From: an uncultured Pseudomonadota bacterium
Lineage (GTDB): Bacteria > Myxococcota_A > UBA796 > SXON01
Length of the DNA stretch: 64,000 nt
Reading direction: 5' to 3'
Assembly: GCA_903959175.1 (NCBI GenBank)
Contig: CAJBVW010000293.1
Coordinates: 2,015 to 66,014, forward strand
The position numbers and the translations under genes were made by a program. Shown piece after piece: positions 57,054-64,000 of the stretch; position 1 is the first letter of the stretch; the number at the start of each line of letters is the position of its first letter. A model generated the notes under the pieces. The model saw nothing but the letters and a program-made list of their open reading frames with translations, was not told where the DNA came from and searched no databases.

Positions 57054-57218
57054 GGGAGCTCGCGGGAGGGGAGGGGACCGACGCGACCGAGGGGACGACG
57101 GCCGGGCCGCAACACTAAACGCCTGTTCGGGAGGTGCAAGGGCGGAGGCGACCAGAATCTGTCCGGGGGGAGGGAAACTACCGGCCGTTCGCGGGCCCGC
57201 GACGGATTAGGAGACGGT

Positions 57219-57992
57219 ATGCGCCTCGTCTCGCTGTGCCCCTCGAACACCGAGATCGCCTGCGCCCTCGGCCTCGCGCCGGCCCTCGTCGGGCTGGACC
57301 GCTCGTCCGACTGGCCGCCGGAGATCGTGGCGCTCCCGCGCGTCGGGCCCGACGTCGACATCGACATCGCGGCCCTCGTCGCCCTGAAGCCGGACCTCGT
57401 GCTCTCCTCGCTCTCCGTCCCGGGCATGGAGAAGAACGTCGAGAAGCTCGACGCCGCGGGCGTCCCTCACATCGTGCTCGACGCGCGCTCGATCGCTGAC
57501 GTGTACACCAGCATCCGTACGGTTGGGCGCATCTTCGGCAAGGGTGCCGAGGCGAACGCGCTCGTGGCCTCGATGCAGGCCCGGCTCGACGCGGTGGAGG
57601 CCCGCGCCGCCGTGCTCCCCCGCCGGCCGAAGGTGTTCCTCGAGTGGTGGCCGAAGCCGGTGATCGTCCCCGGGAGGATGTGTTGGACCACCGAGATGAT
57701 CCGCATCGCCGGCGGTGAGAGTGCGTTCGGCGAGCTCGAGGTGCGCTCCACCCCGGTCGAGACCTTCTCCGTGCCCGAGCGCGCACCGGACATCCTCCTC
57801 ACCTGCTGGTGCGGCGTCCCCCACGCCCACCAGAAGCCCGGGAAGCTCGGCGAGCGCCCCGGGTGGGACGCCATCCCCGGCGTCCGTGACGGTCAGGTCT
57901 TCGCGGCGGAGGAGCGCCTCTTCGGGCGGCCTGGTCCCCGGCTCATCGAGGGCGTGGAGTGGCTCCACGAGCGGATCGCGGCGTGGGCGTGA
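57219..57992 (+). CDS. BtuF/TroA-like (Peripla_BP_2) binding-fold protein without a signal peptide
   Basis: ATG has AGGAG upstream. The sequence MRLVSLCPSNTEIACALGL...ALKPDLVLSS is typical of cobalamin/siderophore-binding proteins. No N-terminal hydrophobic leader is present. Confidence 0.65.
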   Translation: MRLVSLCPSNTEIACALGLAPALVGLDRSSDWPPEIVALPRVGPDVDIDIAALVALKPDLVLSSLSVPGMEKNVEKLDAAGVPHIVLDARSIADVYTSIRTVGRIFGKGAEANALVASMQARLDAVEARAAVLPRRPKVFLEWWPKPVIVPGRMCWTTEMIRIAGGESAFGELEVRSTPVETFSVPERAPDILLTCWCGVPHAHQKPGKLGERPGWDAIPGVRDGQVFAAEERLFGRPGPRLIEGVEWLHERIAAWA

Positions 57993-58882
57993 CCCTCCTC
58001 CGCTGGGGCGCGGCCGAGTACGAGCGCGGGCCGTTCGTGGGGCTGCCCGAGGGGGTCGAGGTCGTGACCGCCTCCGGGCCCGACGCGCCGCTCGAGGCAG
58101 CGGACGTGCTTGTCGTCCCGAGCAAGTCGCGGGTGGACGCGGTGGTCGTCCAGCGCCTCCGGCGCTGCCGGCTCGTCATCACGACCACCTCCGGCCACGA
58201 TCACCTCGACGTCGCCGCTCTCGCCGCGGCCGGGATCGTCGTCTGTCGTCTCCCGCTGGTGCGTCGGGACGCCGTGGTCGAGACCGCGCTCGCGATGATC
58301 CTCGGCCTCACCCGCCGGCTCGGCCCCTTCCAGGCCGCCGCCGCCGCCGGGCGCTGGGAGCGCGCCAACCTCGCGACCTACAACGCCACGGGCCTCGGCA
58401 CCGTCGCGGTCGTCGGCGTGGGTGTCATCGGCACGCGGATGTGCGCGGTGCTGGACGCGCTGGGCGCTCGCGTGCTCCGCGTGGATCCGCGCCTCCCCGA
58501 CGGGGTGCCGCTGCGCCCGGCCCTCGCCGAGGCCGACGTCGTGACGCTCCATTGCGCGCTCACCGCGGAGAACCGTGGCATGCTCGGGGGCGACGCCCTC
58601 GCCGGGATGCGCGCCGGAGCGGTGCTCGTGAACACCGCGCGCGGCCCCCTGGTGGACGTGCCGGCCGCCGTGGCCGCCGTTCGTGCGGGCCACCTCGCCG
58701 GCCTCGGCCTCGACGTGTTCCCCACCGAGCCCACCGATCTCGCCGCCTTGGCCGCCCCGAACATCCTCGTCACCCCGCACGCCGCCGGGTGGCACCCTCG
58801 CCTCGGGGAGCTCGTCTCCGAGGGCGTCGCCGCCGCGGTGCGCGCCTGGATCCGCGGCGAGCCGGTGCCGTTCCCCGTATAG
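57989..58882 (+). CDS. D-isomer-specific 2-hydroxyacid dehydrogenase family
   Basis: The GTG at 57989 forms a GTGA overlap. The NAD motif is VGVGVIGTRM, and the protein has the TPHAAG block. Confidence 0.75.
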   Translation: MTLLRWGAAEYERGPFVGLPEGVEVVTASGPDAPLEAADVLVVPSKSRVDAVVVQRLRRCRLVITTTSGHDHLDVAALAAAGIVVCRLPLVRRDAVVETALAMILGLTRRLGPFQAAAAAGRWERANLATYNATGLGTVAVVGVGVIGTRMCAVLDALGARVLRVDPRLPDGVPLRPALAEADVVTLHCALTAENRGMLGGDALAGMRAGAVLVNTARGPLVDVPAAVAAVRAGHLAGLGLDVFPTEPTDLAALAAPNILVTPHAAGWHPRLGELVSEGVAAAVRAWIRGEPVPFPV

Positions 58883-58890
58883 GGATGGTC

Positions 58891-59217
58891 CTACCTGGGG
58901 AGCAGCGCGCTCACCTTGGCCGCGGCGATGAAGTCGTTCTCGGTGAGCCCGCCGGCGTCGTGGGTGCTCCACCGCGCGACGCAGCGGTTGTAGTGCACGG
59001 AGAGGTCCGGGTGGTGGTCCGCGCCGTGCGCAATCCACGCCACCGCGTTCACGAACGCCATCGTCTCCCAGTAGTCGGCGAAGGCGAAGGTGCGCGTCAG
59101 CGCCGTACCCTCCTCCACGAGGAGCCAGCCCGGCACCTCATCGAGAAGCGCGAGGATCGCGGCGTCGTCGAGCTTCGTGCGGCCGTTCACACAGTGGCGG
59201 GAGGCGAGGTCGGTCAT
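58891..59217 (-). CDS. phhB: Pterin-4-alpha-carbinolamine dehydratase
   Basis: ATG (cat at 59215-59217). It has GWLLVEEG..LTRTFAFADYWETMAFVNAVAWIAHGADHHPDL. Confidence 0.8.
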   Translation of the reverse strand: MTDLASRHCVNGRTKLDDAAILALLDEVPGWLLVEEGTALTRTFAFADYWETMAFVNAVAWIAHGADHHPDLSVHYNRCVARWSTHDAGGLTENDFIAAAKVSALLPR

Positions 59218-59242
59218 CGGGAGGCTCCAGTGTCCGAGCGAT

Positions 59243-60058
59243 CTAAGCGCGGAGCACGAGGATCCTATCGATGAGCTCGGCAAAGCCGTGGCCGCCCTCG
59301 CCCGCCGTGCGGAATCGCGGCCAGACGGGGATGCGCGGCAGGAAGGCGTCCACGTTCGCGACGCCCACCGAAACGGGGAAGTGGGCGAACATCGGGGCGT
59401 CGTTCGCGGAGTCCCCGATGTAGGCCCAGGCCTCGGGCGCGGAGGTGACGCCGAGCTCCTGCGCCAGCCGGGCGAAGCCGGAGAGCTTGTCGAAGGCGCC
59501 GAACCAGCCGTTCACGTGGATGGACGACACCTTGGACGTCGCGCCGTGGCGGTCGAACACGCCGACGATGGCGTCGATCCCGGCGTCTCCGAGTGGGGGC
59601 ACGTCCTCGCAGAAGTCGACGGCGAGGTCGAGCTCGCGGTAGGGCTGGTCGCTCGCGATGCCGCAGCCGGGGACTTCGCGCAGCACGTCCGCGCGCACGG
59701 CGGCGAGGCGCGCGCGGTTCTGCTCGCGCTCGAGCTCGGGCTGAAGGAAGCCGCGGCGGAGGATGTCCACTCCGTCCGGGCCTGGGCCCATGTGGAACCA
59801 GAGGCCGCCGTTCTCGCCCACGACGCCGTCCACCGGCCACATGCGCGCGATGTGGTCGACCCAGCCCGCGGGCCGCCCGGTGACGGGGACCATCACTAGG
59901 CCGGCCGCCTTCGCGCGCGCCATGGCCGCGAACGCCGACGGCACGATGCGCCCATGGAGCGTCACCGTATCGTCGATGTCGAAGAGGACGCCGACCAGCG
60001 GCGCCACATTAGAGGCGCCGATCTCGGCGAGGGGGCGGAGGCGGGCAGGCTGGGTCAC
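59243..60058 (-). CDS. HAD-IIB (Cof-type) phosphatase
   Basis: It has the FDIDDTV motif I, VTGRP, and the IGDSANDAPMF motif IV. Confidence 0.75.
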   Translation of the reverse strand: MTQPARLRPLAEIGASNVAPLVGVLFDIDDTVTLHGRIVPSAFAAMARAKAAGLVMVPVTGRPAGWVDHIARMWPVDGVVGENGGLWFHMGPGPDGVDILRRGFLQPELEREQNRARLAAVRADVLREVPGCGIASDQPYRELDLAVDFCEDVPPLGDAGIDAIVGVFDRHGATSKVSSIHVNGWFGAFDKLSGFARLAQELGVTSAPEAWAYIGDSANDAPMFAHFPVSVGVANVDAFLPRIPVWPRFRTAGEGGHGFAELIDRILVLRA

Positions 60059-60077
60059 GCGGCACCAACCCGGAGGG

Positions 60078-61102
60078 CTACTCGACCTTCCAGGTGTCGC
60101 CGCCGTAGAGCAGCTTCTTCAGGCTGGCGTTGGGCGTGGCGGCCTTCGCCTCGGCGATCTGGGCGTTGAACTGCGCGTCGTACGTTGGGCGGGAGCGGCG
60201 GTGGAGCACGCCCATCGGGACGGGGAACTCGGGGTAGTCCATCCGCGCGAGCACGCCTGCGAGGTACGGGTCGGTCTCGTCGTGGATGAGGCAGTCGTCC
60301 GCGGTGAGGCCGTTGCCGAGCTCCACGACGGTGGGGCGCAGGCCGTTGAGCTTGATGCCCTTCGTGCCGTTCGCGAACACCATCGGCTTCCCGTGCTCCA
60401 GGAACAGGCAGCGCTCGCCTCGCACCTGCTTGTCGATCAGGGAGTCCCAGGCGCCATCGTTGAAGATGTTGCAGTTCTGGTAGATCTCGACGAAGGAAGC
60501 GCCCTTGTGGTCGTGCGCCGCGCGCATCACCTCGCGCTGCTCCTTCGTGAAGATGTCCACCGAGCGAGCGATGAACGTGGCCTCGCAGCCGAGCGCGAAC
60601 GCGAGCGGCATGAAGGGGTGGTCCAGGCTGCCCATGGGGGTGGACTTGGTCTTCTTGCCTTCTTCGGACGTGGGGCTGTACTGGCCCTTCGTCAGGCCGT
60701 AGATGCGGTTGTTGAACAGCAGAACCTGCACGTCGACGTTGCGACGGAGGAGGTGCGCCGTGTGGTTCCCACCGATGGAGAGGGCGTCGCCGTCGCCCGT
60801 GGCGATCCACACGGAGAGCTCTGGGCGGCTCGCCTTTACGCCCGTGGCGAAGGCGGGCGCGCGGCCGTGGATCGTGTGGAAGCCGTAGGCGTTCACGTAG
60901 TAGGGGAAGCGGCTCGAGCAGCCGATCCCGCTGATCATCACGAAGTTCTCGCGGGGGATCCCGAGCTCCGCGAAGACGGTCTGGGCTTGCGAGAGGATCG
61001 CGTAGTCACCACATCCGGGGCACCAGCGGATGATCTGGTCGGACATGAAGTCCTTCTTCGTCAACGCGCGGGCCGTTCCCGGGCCGGCAGGCTGGAGCTC
61101 GC

Positions 61103-61106
<4 letters not shown>
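60078..61106 (-). CDS. korB: 2-oxoglutarate:ferredoxin oxidoreductase, beta subunit
   Basis: ATG (cat at 61104-61106) forms an ATGA overlap with korA. It has WCPGCGDY and the GDGDALSIGGNH TPP motif. Confidence 0.85.
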
Positions 61107-62935
<1,829 letters not shown>

Positions 62936-63011
62936 ACGACCTCTGGGCGCTCAAAGGCGGCCCCTTGGGCCCCACGCCTTATCACCGGTGCCCGCGGTCT
63001 GAAAGCTCGAC

Positions 63012-63488
63012 GTGGCCCTGATGCGGCGAATGTGTATGATTCCCGGGGTGAGTGTGACTCCTCGCGTTCATGTGCTTGCCGCCGACGCCGACGTCGACGC
63101 TGTCCGCGTCGCGCGTCTCCTGGGCGCGTCGTTGGGCGGAGGCGTCCGCACGGTCGTCCTCGCACGTCCGGAGCTGGTGCTGGTCCGCGGCGACGTGGAG
63201 GCGCTCCGGCGCGGCGCATGGGTGGCCTCCGTCGCCGGGGCCCGGGCGGTGATCGCCCTCCCCATCGGCACCGCGGCCCTCATGCCGTGGTGGGGGCTCC
63301 GCTTCCACCGCTTGGTCTTCTCGGCCCAGCCGGAGGCCATGCGGTGGGTCGCGGCGGGCACTTCGCTCGGTCGCGTCGTGGTGATCGAGCGGGCGGCCGA
63401 GGCGGTCGAGCGCGCAAACTGGGCCGCCATCGTACGCGAAGTGGCGTCGATGGCGAGGCGACCTGCGGGCGGGCGCGCGGCACGTTAG
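63012..63488 (+). CDS. Possible hypothetical protein; start uncertain
   Basis: GC3 is high in this frame from about 63070 onward. There is no recognisable motif, and it could be a shadow ORF. Confidence 0.3.
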   Translation: MALMRRMCMIPGVSVTPRVHVLAADADVDAVRVARLLGASLGGGVRTVVLARPELVLVRGDVEALRRGAWVASVAGARAVIALPIGTAALMPWWGLRFHRLVFSAQPEAMRWVAAGTSLGRVVVIERAAEAVERANWAAIVREVASMARRPAGGRAAR

Positions 63489-63500
63489 CGCACGCGCATC

Positions 63501-64000
63501 ATGAAACTTCGCCTCCTCGACTGGCTCGCCTGCCCCACCTGCGGCGAGGGAAGCCTGGACATCGCCATCACCCGCTCCGAGGAGCGCCCCGCCTACGACG
63601 GGCACTGGGAGCCAGAAGAGGAGATTCCCGGCCGCAGCCTGCGCTCCGTGACGGAGGTCATCGAGGGCCGGCTACGCTGCCGCGACTGCGCGGCCACCTT
63701 CCCCGTAACCGACGGCATCCCGCGCCTCCTCTCCGAAGGTGTCGCCGTCGGCCCCGCCACCGGACACGCGTGGACCGAGTTCGCGGAGGCCGTGCCCGAG
63801 TTCGAGCAGAACTTCTGGGACCTGCTCCATCCGCTCAAGCCCGAGGACTTCATGGGCCGGCTCGTGCTGGACGCGGGCTGCGGCTTCGGCCGGCACGCGT
63901 TCTTCGCCACCCGCTACGGCGCCGAGGTCATCGCGCTCGACTCGAGCCCCGAGGCGGTCGCGTCCGCTGCCCGGAACCTCGACGGCAACATGCGCGCCCA
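63501..64000 (+). CDS. Trm112-like zinc-ribbon + class I SAM methyltransferase fusion; the 3' end lies outside the window
   Basis: ATG at 63501. It has MKLRLLDWLACPTCGE...LRCRDCAATFPVTDGIPRLL, then motif I, VLDAGCGFGRH. The frame stays open to the window end. Confidence 0.7.
   Translation, partial: MKLRLLDWLACPTCGEGSLDIAITRSEERPAYDGHWEPEEEIPGRSLRSVTEVIEGRLRCRDCAATFPVTDGIPRLLSEGVAVGPATGHAWTEFAEAVPEFEQNFWDLLHPLKPEDFMGRLVLDAGCGFGRHAFFATRYGAEVIALDSSPEAVASAARNLDGNMRA

Noticed and set aside
57054-57218. Possible cobalamin riboswitch upstream of the BtuF-like gene
   Set aside because: The region contains AGGGAA and a GC-rich stem, but I could not find a B12 box (AGYCMGGAGACCKGCC-like). The elements are not in consensus order and the region is short. 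A covariance-model scan (Rfam RF00174) would settle it.

Overview
The window is a densely coding, very GC-rich chromosomal segment. My hand counts of 60-nt lines in ordinary genes give about 75-82% G+C. I support about 60 CDSs on both strands. Many are joined by 4-nt ATGA/GTGA start/stop overlaps, which implies operons.

Several features point to Myxococcota:
- a MYXO-CTERM-type C-terminal sorting signal
- many MopE-type CDDxD...C(D/N)GxD(D/E)DCDG repeats and FG-GAP repeats
- about 15 ORFs with lipobox-like signal peptides, several followed by Asp-Thr linkers

Recognisable housekeeping genes are recQ, radA, lepB, korAB, fdhD plus a YdeP-type molybdoenzyme, gcdH with a class-III aminotransferase, acyl-CoA dehydrogenase, a sirtuin, dGTPase, a HelD-like helicase, arsH and a pterin carbinolamine dehydratase.

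I saw no rRNA, tRNA, CRISPR array, transposase or integrase.

The long Arg/Pro/Gly/Ala-rich ORFs in the six-frame track are high-GC shadow ORFs opposite or offset from the real genes.

The best leads, none of which can be proven novel without database searches:
1. Two envelope operons (32776-35477 minus strand, 41080-47606 plus strand) split their components reciprocally. One has MlaF, MlaE, an orphan ABC ATPase and a lipoprotein. The other has an MCE/MlaD protein, an orphan polytopic ABC-exporter-like permease, and TPR, LolA/B-like and LamG lipoproteins.
2. A lower-GC two-gene module (19683-23939) encodes a HEAT-like lipoprotein and a 934-aa lipoprotein that fuses helical repeats, a vWA domain with a 10-Cys insert, Asp-box motifs and an OmpA-like domain.
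3. A small lipoprotein consists of six 16-aa repeats in which the two Cys of a repeat are lost together.

Smaller observations:
- three decayed genes: a Kef N-terminal stub, a frameshifted alpha/beta-hydrolase tail, and a metallophosphatase lacking its GNHE region
- an AT-rich perfect palindrome upstream of the acyl-CoA dehydrogenase gene
- a reiterated 14-mer upstream of the sirtuin gene
- a 21-nt tandem duplication
- a head-to-head start-codon overlap between a CotH-like and a transglutaminase-like gene
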